DNA of 64,000 nt from Balanoglossus misakiensis (lineage: Eukaryota; Animalia; Hemichordata), in contig CM082581.2 of the NCBI GenBank assembly GCA_040954595.2, positions 2,844,699 to 2,908,698 of the forward strand. The letters run 5' to 3'. A program made the translations under genes and the position numbers. Below are positions 1-12,700 of this stretch, in pieces (the first letter of the stretch is position 1; the number at the start of each line of letters is the position of its first letter). The notes under the pieces were generated by a model. It was not told the DNA's origin. It worked only from the letters and a program-made list of their open reading frames with translations, and made no database searches.

Positions 1-945
1 TGTAGATAAGGTTGCGGGTAGTGCATTTGATGTTCCCAATGACTTTGTGGGGTTTGCCGGTGTGTGTACTTGTGATGGTGTCTGTTTCTGAAATAAAGGG
101 ACATTGGTTGCATTTGCCACAACGTTTGGTGTCGCCAGTAGTGCGATCGGTGGGTGTGGTTTTCAGGTTTGCTCTTACAAGGATCTTCCTCATGTTGGGG
201 GATTGTTTGTACGCTGTTATTGGTAATTCCTTAATAGCCTTGTTTATTTCTGTGTCATTCGAAATTATGCCCCAGTGTTTGGTGAGAATGTCGGAAATTT
301 TGGGGAGGGCAGGATTGAAGGTGACAACCAAGGGAATTCTTTGGTTGTGTCGTCTGGGGCTCGAGTGGTTGGCGTTTATGACTTGTTTTTTGTCTAGGTT
401 CTTCGCTTTGTTGATGTCGTGGTCGATCTTATGTGGATTATAGCCCCTTGCCCTGAAATGCTCTCTCAGATCACTAGTGGCTTTGTCATATGACTGGTCG
501 CTTGAACAAATGCGGCGGTAACGTAGAGTCTGACTCCAAGTGATAGAACCGAAAACGTGTTTTGGGTGGCAGGAGTTGTGCCACAGATAAGTGTGTTGGT
601 CTGTGGGTTTGCTATATATGGTGGTGTGGATTTTGTTATCTTGTATGCTCATAGTAGTATCTAGAAAAGGTACATTAACAGAGTTAAATTCCATGGTAAA
701 TTTGATGGTGGGATGAATTTGATTGCAGAATTTGTGGACGGAGTAAAGATTTTCAACACCATGGGTCCATATGAAACGGATGTCATCAATGAAGCGTCGC
801 CAGTGTATACATGTACATGTAGGTTTGTGTTCAGCATTTTGCAGTATCATGTTTTCAATTTTGCCCATGGCGAGGTTTGCATAAGAGGGGGCTACCTTTG
901 ACCCCATGGCCGTACCGTGTGTCTGTAAGAAATAACTGTTAAGTT
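1..945 (-). mobile_element. Penelope-like retroelement fragment (RT C-terminal part running into GIY-YIG endonuclease), 5'-truncated, runs off window edge
   Basis: Minus-strand frame reads YFLQTHGTAMGSKVAPSYANL...WRRFIDDIRFIW...HPTIKFT...PFLDT...IYSKPTD...SCHPKH...LRYRRICS...RCGKCNQC...IKCTTRNLIY, typical Penelope RT, Cys-linker and GIY-YIG start motifs. Confidence 0.9.
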
Positions 946-2322
946 TTAATGTATCCATTGCTTTAGTATCGGGCAATTACCAACAAAGTTATCTGTCTGC
1001 AAGTGAATATGAGCCGTGCATTATTTACTGGAGAGGGCACTCTGCGCCCTCTCGCAAGATTCGAGTGGAAAATCTCGTTGCTCTGGTAACCAACATTTCT
1101 GTCTGTTTGGCAGAAAGAAAGAAGAAGGCATAGTGCCCAGAAGAGAGGCCGGGTAACCTTGACTACCAGGAAAGTGGTGTCTTCGTCAATTGAGGGGCGG
1201 ACATTTATGAACATCTTTTTCATTCAGAGAATGATGAACCCGAATTCGTTATGATCACTTTCTTATTTGCTGGTTTATTAACAATACAGAAGAAAATACA
1301 CTAACTTCACTGAGTTTTAAAGGAGATTTTATGTGCATATAATGCTGTTATGAATAAATACTGACAGAAAATACAAAAATAATACTTGGCGTAATATAAT
1401 TAAAAACAACGTTTTTCACAAAAATAAGTCTACAGGTAGTCTTCTGGGGAGATACATGTACGCGTTTATACCATTCACGGCAGATATGGAAACTTGACAG
1501 CTTTTAGTTTACCATGTACGAACAAACAAACAGACAAACGGGACTATTTCACACGAAACGGGCAGCAGCTTTACATTTGCACAGACGATTTCTCCTAAAA
1601 GTGTTGGCGAACAGTCGCAACAAGGGGAGGTAGTTAAAACAAGCGCAGCTGCTGATTTAAATACATCCACAATCGTATACCCATATATGGATAGAAAATA
1701 TATACTAATTATTTATCACTGACAAGGACATCGAGTACACACTGTTGTGTTGGTCTTCCAGTGATGATGAACAATCATTAAAAATACACAAAATACTTTC
1801 ACATAATCTCGGCGACTGGGAATATGCCATCAGCAAAGTGTGTCGGACACAAAAGAACGCACATCTAAAGCAAAGTTGCTGGGTAGAAAATTGACGAAAG
1901 TCTATGCACGCACAAATGAAATGAAATGATATGATGCAGAGCGACCTCTGGAGATTAACCGATGACAGTTTACAGACCAGTCTCTTCTCTCCGTAGAAGA
2001 AGCCATGGCAGATCAACAGGTGGCGATATTTGCCCATCTTCCTATAAACCACCCCATTGCAGTGCATATACTTTACAGCAACACTCAATAGTTGAAGGAT
2101 TGTGGTTAACGTGACACACTTTGGCGCCATGGTCGGGATGGTTAGCAAGAGCAAACGATGGCACTGGCGCGGCCGTTCACTAAATCTGCATTATCATCCA
2201 GCGGAACGCTGGCAGAGCGAAGTCGATACTAACCGAATCGGTTAAGCCTGTCGTTGACTAGCTAAAGCACTACGCGGCATGGCAGTGACTTTCAACTGAA
2301 GGGTTATCAGTTGATATAAACT

Positions 2323-5132
2323 TTAATATTTGCCCCTCGCATACTTTGTGGCCAGTTTCATTTCGGGCGCGTCCGCCTTAGTGCCCGTCGTTTGGTTATC
2401 CAGACTCCGATGAACACCCCTGATGTAGCCATTCCGACGGGCTTGGCCAGTCGGGCTTGTCACTGTGTTTGTAGCACTTGCCGTTTCACCGCGGTGGCAA
2501 TCAATGTTTACATCTGGGGGTTTATCTCCTTCACCATCATCACACCACTGCGTGTACTCGTTTTCTGCGCTTACGTTGCTGTTTGAAGGTGTAGCCGCAG
2601 CATCTTCGGTCCCTGTGTCCCGCTCAGGCTGCATGTCAGCGGAACTGTGCTTCCCAATTTTGTAAGTAGCCCTGCGACTAGCAGCAGTGGTGTCCTTACA
2701 TACACCCGACGAGTTCTCTCTAGAACCTGTCATTTCTGTATCACCAAAAGGTGTAGCATTCAGGTCATACGATTGGTCACCGGTTACCATGACATCGTGA
2801 CTGCGGATTGACGCTTCTGGTTGTGCATGGTGTATATCATGATGGAAGTTGTCTTCTCCAGATAACTCTTCTGGATTTTGTTTCTTCTGGCTTTCTTCAA
2901 GGGGGTACGCTTCGCTGGAAACCTGTTCATCACTTTCCTCCTTCACGGGAGAGTGGGTAATGTCTTCTCGGCTACCTGGAAGAGAAATTACACCAACAAA
3001 ATTCATTAAATATGCAAAAACCCGCAGATGCCTCAGAGATGGATTCAGCATTATCTAGCAAGGTTGCGATCATAGGCCTAAAGATGGACGAACAGACTAA
3101 ATAAAGACGGACGAACAGACATAAAAACGGACGAACAGACACACAGACATCGCCATGACACCATAGCCCTCGTCACGGTGACGTTGTGTGACAACTGACA
3201 ACAGCCATTTGCAGTTGGTTGTCAGTAGCATCCAGGTGAGGGCAACGCCCGCATGGACTTCTCACCTCTTAGTGACATTTTCACTCTCTCCAGCTGTGCA
3301 TGATACATGGCCATGACTGCATCCCTTCTACCGATACATTCCAAGGCTTTGATCAGATCAGACACGCTGTAGTTTGGTCTGTCATGTTGCAAGTCCGTTA
3401 TGATCTCCTCTGTAGGGCTTGGAGCATCCTTGAATCGTTCCTGCAGGTCAATCAAGAATGTCATGATTAAGGCCTACATGACTCATGGAGCTCCATGCAT
3501 GACTCAAATACGCACCTCTAGCACATGCAAAAACACATCAGGCCTAACAGGCAACGAACCAAAATCGAAGGAGGATAATTTGCTGACCCCACACTTACCC
3601 ACTGGTAACCGAGCTTATCTGCTAATGCTTGATAGAGCATAGAGCATAGAGCTCGTATCTGTAAAGTGGTCAGATCTGACACCAACTCGGGAAGCTGTAA
3701 CAAAAATCTAGAATATAGGCCTATACCGTTTTTTATGTTTGTTTGTTTGTTTGTTTGTTTTTATAATGTCACACCAGACAAGGTAGATTGCTTTTGTTTG
3801 AGCGAAAGAAAGCGTTGCACGCCATGTATGTTTGGTTGTCAACTTACATGCATTTGCACTCTAATCCAATCACATAGCACGTTAGCATATACACATGCAA
3901 TCTCCAAAACAATGGACACTAATTTGTAGGTGGCGTAAATGACTGAATCTAAGCGTTATTGCAGTAATTCTCACCTCCTTTGCCAAAACTTCAGCATTAT
4001 GTTCTTCCTGGGACAAATAAATACAACAACAAAAACAACAGTATTGATATGTGAGAATTGACATTGGCGCTCACTACTAGCCCGATAACACAGAATCACT
4101 GAAAAGTCCATTCTGAATACGAGAACAAGAATACCTATATATCAATATCAATATTAAAATTGCGTCTTATTCTTAAATTACACCCGTGCGAATCAGAAAT
4201 GACAGGATGGGCTAACCTTGTGTACGACAGTTTCGGGGAATATTTCATCACTGTCAACGACTTCCGACTTTCCTGTTACGACGTCACTCACTACGCAAAG
4301 CCGAAAATTGACGTTTGCCCGCTTAGTTCCGTTTTCCCGCTTGCCACGTTGTCGTAGCTCCTCGAAGTAGGCCAGACTGAAAATTTTTTCGAGTTCCTCA
4401 TCTGTCACGAGAGAGTTGATGGTGTCGTAACCCCAGTGGGATTCTGGCAGCAAAGACCCGTCATCACCTGTGTCAACATACTTGGAGAACTTCAAAGCCA
4501 GTTCTCCCGGGCACGATTTGCTTACCTGTGAATAGTGATGCCAAAAGAAACTGTTTGTGGGATTGCAGAGGCATTAATTGGGACACGATAGTTGCTGATT
4601 CGATACAGTCGTCTGTTTTCAATACATGTAATACGACACATTGTGCAACACAATGACACAAACCTAAACATTTTACAAACTAAGGCAGCATAATGGAAAT
4701 CTTCGTGACAGAACTAACAATACTGATCAGATATTTTTCTAGGCTACCTACCTGAAGGAAAAATTCACCAACACCAATCCTTTCTTTCGGCCCGAACAGA
4801 TGAATAATGACTTTATTACCTTGGACAAGAGGGATGCCCTGAAACGAAACATTGATGAGGGAAAGTATGTATTTTATTTTAGAATGATAAGATGAAAGAG
4901 GGGGCGGAGAGAGAGAGATGGTATGAGAGAGAGAACGGAGAGACAAACTTGAAATACCCACTTTTGCTTTTAACTTTCGTAAGAGTTGTATCGTCGGCGC
5001 CACATACTTTATCTTCATATCAGAAACTCTTCCTTCATAATTTGTGTCACATAAACGTTTCAGTTTGCGAATATCAAGGTGTGGATAATCGGCTCCAAGC
5101 GCGATTTCCAGCTCTTCGGCGACCGCTTCCAT
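2323..5132 (-). CDS. Multi-exon protein (~500 aa): N-terminal helical segment, Rel/NF-kB dimerisation (IPT)-like region, death domain, acidic disordered tail
   Basis: Phase-compatible GT-AG exons 5132-4962, 4838-4752, 4525-4217, 4007-3975, 3694-3599, 3440 (or 3473)-3266, 2975-2323. Death-domain pattern ALADKLGY...SPTEEII...YSVSDLIKALECIGRRDAV; IPT-like GEFFLQVSKSCPGELALKF and RANVNFRLCVVSD. Confidence 0.7.
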
Positions 5133-5375
5133 GATCTGCAGATAAACACAAATAAGGCGAAAACTGCACTTAATTGTCAGCCAACCTTGAAAGTCTCACA
5201 AAGTACATGATTTATTACTATTTAAACAATGAATTTCTGTTTACCACTTCAGAAATGATGTCAGCAGAGAAAATAGTCTGAAATTCGGATCACGTGATGA
5301 ATATACCGAGAAAACGAGACGGGGCTTTGGTGTCCGGTGTCTGGTCAAGAATGTGGAATTAATTACGCCGATCTC

Positions 5376-5386
5376 GGTACTTTCCC
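5376..5386. promoter_or_regulatory. Weak kB-like motif GGTACTTTCCC upstream of the death-domain gene
   Basis: One mismatch to GGGACTTTCC, about 250 bp upstream of the ATG at 5132. Confidence 0.25.
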
Positions 5387-6195
5387 TTTAGGCTACCCAC
5401 GCTTAATAATCAAAGGTTTAATTTATGCGGCAGAAGACGCCGACGTTGGTGACCTGAGAAGATTAACTTTCAAGATGCAGTTTACAAAACCATGAATTTT
5501 CATGAAAATGTCATTTCTAGACACAATTATTAAAAAATAGATTTCCGATTTGTCATTTTGAATTAAATTCGGAGCGAACCGCAGACGAAAGGTAGAGTGC
5601 ACGTGAGTTCTGGTTGGTTGGTGGACTTCCATAGAATGGAAGGCGATTTAGCCTCGCGCTTTTGTCACCGTTGTCGCCCATTGTCCATGCTCAAACATGT
5701 TTAAGCTTAATAGCCCCATATTGTTTGGCTTGCATACATTTTGATGTGGGTATTCTGAATCAGCGTCTCGCTATGTGCGATTGCATTTAAAGTCCACGTG
5801 TACTATCATAACGCATGTCAACTAGACTAGAATGCCTGACGTCTATCTCGTTGACACGTTAGAAGGATCATGTACAATACATGATCACTTAACGTAAAAC
5901 ACTCGACCTAGCATGCCTAGTAAACAATTGAACATACACACGTCAAGCAATATGTCGTAATGTACTGATAAGAGCTGCAAATGTCATAAACATAGACACT
6001 TCAACTGACACACCGATTACAATGAGAGGTCTAAACACGATTACATACCTGTACGACAATCCTCTTGTACAGTACAACGAATTTTTGTCAGTATATTTAT
6101 CGGTTTAACCTACACGTACGTTTCTCCTTGCCGAAACAACCGTTTTACTGTTGCGCATGTGCATGATGGCCGAGAGAGTGGAACTAAAAATAGCT

Positions 6196-6213
6196 GGGGA
6201 ATTCCGGACCAAT
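6196..6213 (+). promoter_or_regulatory. Canonical kB site GGGGAATTCC followed by a CCAAT box in the divergent promoter
   Basis: Exact GGGRNWYYCC match at 6196-6205, CCAAT at 6209-6213. Confidence 0.5.
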
Positions 6214-6778
6214 GAAGTAAATAACGTGACGCCATGTCCGAGGGATGTCGGGGTCAAAGTTTGCGTGTTAGTTTGAAGAGACTACGTGATTAAACACACC
6301 AACATTTCCTCGATTTTGGAGAGGCGGTCAGCCTTTTCGCTGAAGTTTGTTGTTTGTGAGGGTCTTTAGGTCAAGGGCTACACGCTACTGGAACTCCATT
6401 TGGCTCTATTCATTTTGGATTTGTGGTGAGACGTGTTCTGTGTAGTGGCGGTCTGGTTCTTTGTCAAAATAAAAGGTAGGGGAGACGGGGAGAGCTCAGA
6501 GTAATATTGTAGAGGTTTTGTACTAGAATGTCGAGGGTCTCCCCAGCTATGACTATGCCAAATTCTTACATGTACTCCCAATCATGTGTGTGGCCAAATA
6601 GCTATATGACTACACCTGAAAAAGTCACTGGTATTTCAATCAATCAATCAATCTGTCGGTCTGTCCGTTTGTATGTCTTGAAGCGAGACAACGATCATAT
6701 GGCAACGAAGAATTCTGAGATGAATCTATCTTTGTTAAGTTACAGGTGTTAACTGCCCAGAATAGAATTATATACAAA

Positions 6779-9700
6779 ATGGACGAGGAGCAGTCGGCCA
6801 AGCTGTATAGAGCTGTCACAAATCTACGTCATCTGATCGAAAAAGGGACATTGGTTTTGGTCATTGGTGAAGAAACATCCATACTTCCCAAACCAGCCTC
6901 ACTTGACGATTGGTGGAACGTAATCCCGGAACTAGACGACGAGGTTTGGTTAAATAATTCAATTATTTCTACATTTACTGTAAATACAATAATCACATGT
7001 TGAATTGTCGCCAAGTAAACTCACCCGAATGATGCGAAATATAACCCTTTTGACAATTTATACCATTCTAGCTTGCTTAAATTCAAAGCCAACTTTCAGT
7101 TTCGGTAAAATTTGCATTTTGAAAGCGCTATGCGCATGTGTCAAAAGCTGTGTACGTGTACGGAGGTACATCGCCAAAGGTCAATGCACCTGTTGCAAAA
7201 ACTGCAGATATGTCCTGCAAAGAAATATGAAGAAATTGGCCATTTACAGACAAACTGGCTAGACTGCCCTTATCACCTATCACCTATATATGCTTGTACG
7301 GAGATTCTCGATGGCAGGAATAAGAGGGACACAGTCACGAGGAACTTTTCAAAATGGGGTCAAAAGCTGACAACGTAGACTCTGTGCATAGACATGTATG
7401 CCGTCAGTTCAACCGACCAATTATTTTGAATACATACCACAAAGTTACGTCATGGGTAGCTCGACAATGAGTCATCCGAACAAAGCATGCACATAAAGAA
7501 GGTGAGAGAGTGCCGCTGAAAACGACCTTGTTAAAACGAAAGGGAATGGGGCTACGTTATTTTGAAGAAGAACTTGTACTAAGAAAATGAGAATTTACAA
7601 ATTACAAATTATTTACAAATTACATGCATGATAAATGTTCTTAACATCCAGGTTAATCTCTGCATTAAAATTCCAGAAGGTTCCTGATATTCTCACACGG
7701 AAAGAAAATGAGTACATGTCTCAACAGCCTCAAGGCCAGTCACGCTTTCATAACGTTCTCAGAACACTTGGAAGATTCCCTCTAATCATTACAACGAATC
7801 TTGACGAGTTGCTGGAACGACTTCTGTGGAACTCAGGGGCACACGGTGAGAGGCTGTACCTCAAACAGGTGAGAATGCCGTCATTTATAGGTCAGTAGGC
7901 AAAAGGTTACAAAAATACTTCCAAGCAGTAAATCGGTCCAGCTGTGATACGTTTAATACATGGCGATATCAAAACCAATAAAATATTATACTAGGAAATC
8001 CACTCGAACAAAGTGAAAGATGCAATGTGCTTGATTAATGATTGATGAAATCTAAATTTGTGATTTTAGTTCTACTGGAATATCAATTGTTGGGTTGGGC
8101 TATGTTCAAGATTTATAATAAACATTTTATGTTAACCTATCTGTTTATTTTAGATTTCGCTTTTGGAGAAACACTGGCCGAATTATCATCGTGACGTCAT
8201 CATCAAATGTTTTGGCGATTCCAGTTTCCAGACCAGAGTCAGCGTAAATATTCTCTTTTCATTGAATTCATGTCCAGGCGTTCTGCTTTACAATTTCCGT
8301 TGTACATTATAGCAAGGAACGAACATGGATGACAACTATTCAAGATTAGATGCTGTCGTAGTAAAGACTACGATTCGAGCAATTTGTATTATCCTTACTC
8401 GCAATATAGAGTGTACTGAAAGCATAATGAGGCGGGAAAGAGTTGAACTGGGACTGCTGCCTGGGGTTGAACAACCGCGCATGTGAACTTCGTATGAACC
8501 TCTCAGCTATGTTTACATTTGTCACGAGGAAGGCCTTAAGGGAACACGTCATAGCAGGCTTTGTGAAAACACCTGTGGTGAGTAACACAAATTAACAAGA
8601 ATGCAAGGCCCTTGAAGCTGTCCATTATAATTTCATATTCATAAACATTACGTCATATCCTTATTCATTACACCTCAGAATTCAAACCGGAAGTATTTCG
8701 AAGAATTATGCCAACAACACGAAGATGAAAATGTAAATTTCCTGCGGCGAATATTTGACGAAAATAGTGTGCTGTTCCTTGGCTGTGATGCTGGTCACGA
8801 AATTTACAAAAAGTTTCTGAATAAATTTGCTACTCAAAGCAAGGTAAAAATAATTATTCAGTTTTATTATGTGAATCATTCCAAGCAAAGTCTTCAATGA
8901 AAATCATATTCAAATTATTTTGTTCATCTCGTTCACGAGAGAAAGTCTTATTTGACGCAGTTGGTCTAAAATCTAGTTACTCGCCTCCTGATCGTTTCAT
9001 TTGCACAGGGCAGTCACTATCTGTTCAAAAGCGCTGAAGATGGAAGTAGAAGTTTCATCCAAAATGGTAGCCTGTCAATTTTGGAAGCTGATTTGGAATT
9101 ATGGGAATTCATGCAACATCTCAGCAGCGGCAAAGGCATCCGGGCGATTCAAGATATACATCCGGGCAAGGTGCAGTGACGTCATGTGGCTGTTTGTTAT
9201 AACTGATAGTACACAGTACTCGGTATAATTGTCTGATAGTTGGCCTTACAGAGAAAATCAACATGAATTCTGTTTTTAGGGGCACAAGCCTATCGGGCCC
9301 AAATTTCGGATGACCTTTGACCTACTTCCCTATATATTGGCATCCAGAGCAGGTACAGACTTGGCGTTTGGAGGATTGGCACTAAAATTGAAAAGCCAAA
9401 ATTGGGGCACAAGTCTACATGTATTTTGAAGAGAAGACTTTTAAATTCTTTTCATGGATATGAGTCATCATATGACCGGAACTTGTCACAATTTTTTTTG
9501 GCAATTTACACATGACCTTTGACCCAGTTTTCAAACAACTAATTATATATGCATATGCCATTTACCTCCTCTTGTAAAAGTACCACAGTCATGTATTTTG
9601 TGTACATGGGTACCACTGGTGCCAGGACATGACACAAATATTTTGGTAATTTTGGCAATGACCTTTGACCTATTTCTGATACATCATTTTTCTGCATATC

Positions 9701-12700
9701 TAATTCCAGGCTACAGCTCTGGTTGTGGTTGGACATGGCCCACTATGGGGTCAAAATTTTATGGCCCAATTTTGGGTTACCTTGGGTGACCTTTGACCAA
9801 CTTTCCCATATCTCAGCATCCGGAGCAGTTAGACCACTGGCGTTTGGGGGTTTGAGCACATAATACAGTCTTACACAAGACCTCATTAATTATGTGCATA
9901 TCTAATTCCAAGCTAACCAACAGGGCTAGAGGTTTGGTTTTTGTTTGACATGGACAAGTACGGTGTCAAAATGTTTTGCCCAAATTTGGGGTGACCTCAG
10001 GTGACCTATGACCTACTTTCCCATATCTTGGTATCCACAGCAGATACAGCCTTAGCATTCGCTGGTTACCATGGGAACCGCTTGTGCCCCGCCAACGCTT
10101 GCAGCTTTAATTTAATATTTATTATCATATCCACATACTTCTTGTTAAGGTGTGTTTTTCAGCGTATTTTTCCTCTTCAAAACGAAAGAGCGTGTTGAAT
10201 TGTAACTGGTTCCATTGAACACAGAATTATCAAGATTATCACGAAGATTTATCAACAAACTCACACATAAAACTGCAAAGTTTAGTAAATTAATTACCTT
10301 GTTTATCGCAAATCACCCAGTACTGAAAAAATGTTCTTCTCCGTTTCAAGGTCTACGAAGTCTCGTTTCTTCCCACGCAGCGCGAGAGTTACCTACGTCA
10401 GCAGTTAATGTTGGAACAGAACGCCACCGAAATAGACTTCCACACTACCAGTATAACGAATGCATTGACGACCAATGAACTTATGGAACAAGTATCAAGA
10501 CCGTCACTCGTCAACATTTACAGAAAAGACCCGTTTGGTGTGTTGATTTCAGTCTGTTTATGGGCGACTGAAATGCTTCTGAGGGATTAGAATCATAACA
10601 GCAGAATGATGGTTTACAGGAAAACAGGCTGGGCTGGCATTAAAATTACTGTGTTAAACACAAATATACACTGACAGCAACTGTATTTTTACATTTTACC
10701 CACTGGTACAGAATGAAAGTTCCAGCATTTGGTAATTTGTCCAATTATTGAAACGGCCAGCGTAAAGCACCCTAACCGAGAGAAGAGCTATATATTGTGT
10801 CTGTGAATGAATGAATGAATGAATGAATGAATGAATGAATGAATGAATGAATGAATGAATGAATGAATGAATGAATGAATGAATGAATGAATGAATGAAT
10901 GAATGGCTCTTTAATGAAGTTTGTAAACATTTCTATTTAGGGAGCTACTCGGATGAAGAAGTGGACAGGGCACTCAAAGCGATGTACGATCGAAGAAATA
11001 ACCTAATTCAGGTGCGTGAGATCATCAATTTTAATTTCCACTAATACCCTCGTCAACAATACATGACCATATATGATCAAAATTCAGAATTTTGTGGAGT
11101 GACTGTGAGTGGACATGAAATATTCGACGTTGCTCGAATCGCTCGCTATATTTTGTACATTTCTATCACTTTGATATGTTCTAGGCTATACAGTCTGGCG
11201 TTAGAGTAATCGCCATCTTTCTGTACGAAAGCGTGCTCGCTGAGATCGACCCCAACAAACAGAAGGACGAAGAGAAGCGCAGAATGGCGTTGAGAAAGTA
11301 CGCTAAGGCCATCTTACTCTGCAATACACTTTTGAAAACGAAGAGTTCCCTAGAGTTGCTGATGGTAGAGGGAGGAGACCGCGAGTCTGAAGAAAGCCGA
11401 AGATTGAAGAAGGAAACGTTTGCCATAATAAAATTAAAAGGTACCTCTATTAATCTTACGTGCTTGAATGACCTCGCAATCTTCTCAGTTGACAAACTCA
11501 GAAGGGGTTTGTTTCGGGTCGTGTGCAGTTGTCTCGATGGAATGTCTTTGATTGGTCAATTCCTCTTCAATGCCCTCTTCAAACATGTGTACAACAAACC
11601 ATGCGAAACGCATGAGGATATGCCTTCCCTGAATCGTAGAATATGTCACCGTAAGATTTGTATTTATTGTACAGCATCTGAAAGATAACAAGTTATTCTG
11701 GCAGGCATTGACAGGAAAGTTTGTTCCTTGATTTTCAGGAGGTGTTGACGAAGCCATTTGCTATGCGGAAACCGCCACTGCTGGTCAAAAGAACGTGACA
11801 ACTCACCTGGTGGTTGTGAACGGCGAGGAGGTGGCAAGGAGGAGAAAGATCTTTGACGCCAGCCGTGAAGGCGCCTGGGATTGCGATAGGACTGTGCTCA
11901 AACTAACAGCTGCTGTCTTACAGCACAACAAGGGAACGAATGCGATTGAAGTACGTGTGTTTACAAATGAACGAAATTGAATATAGTTTCTAATTTTCTA
12001 AATGATTCTCTTGGACTGGTGAGTTGTCGCTCTTAATCATTCTCTATCTGTCTGTCTATCTGTCCAGGCAGAGGACTTGAAGCGTTTGAACAGCCTCCAT
12101 GATGTTCACCTCATTGTGGATCAAGACAACGTCATTCCAAGCAAACTTGAACCGCTGGGTAAAGGACAGTTCGGAGAGGTGTACAAGGTGGTCGACAAGA
12201 AGGGAAACACCTACGCCCTCAAAGTCTTGAAAGAAATGGACGAGGCAGACTTCACTCAGCTTGTTGACTTCAGAAGGGAAGTAGAGACTTTAAGGTACGT
12301 CGAAGAATCGGCGAGGCTAGTGTTAGGAATGACTTCAGGAGGGAAATTCTAATACTGACGTTTTCTTATATTTTTTAACCCAGAAAAGCGTCACATCCCA
12401 ATATTATCAAATTGGATGATGTGGAACGACAGGGTAACAGACTCTGTCTCAAACTTGAATTCGTCGATGGATGCGATCTCCGCAAAGTCATTCTACCCAA
12501 GGACGGACGACCTCAACCGCAGAGTAAAGAATTTGCCTTCAGATGTGCGACTCAAATTGGCGATGCGCTCTCGCATTTACATAAATTGGGGATTGTTCAT
12601 CGTGACGTGAAAGCCGAAAATGTTCTGGTAAGTTGTCTTGCATCATGTCTCTTCCATCTTGTGCTGGATCGTTCGTTACACCGATTTTAATCTTTATTCT

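Noticed and set aside
12-443. 143-aa plus-strand ORF
   Set aside because: Antisense shadow of the Penelope coding strand
1705-2154. 149-aa Cys-rich minus-strand ORF
   Set aside because: No recognisable motif; lies beyond the stop of the death-domain gene, probably 3' UTR
9270-10070. TGACCTTTGACC arrays as nuclear-receptor DR1 enhancer cluster
   Set aside because: Embedded in longer degenerate repeat units; better explained as a dispersed repeat
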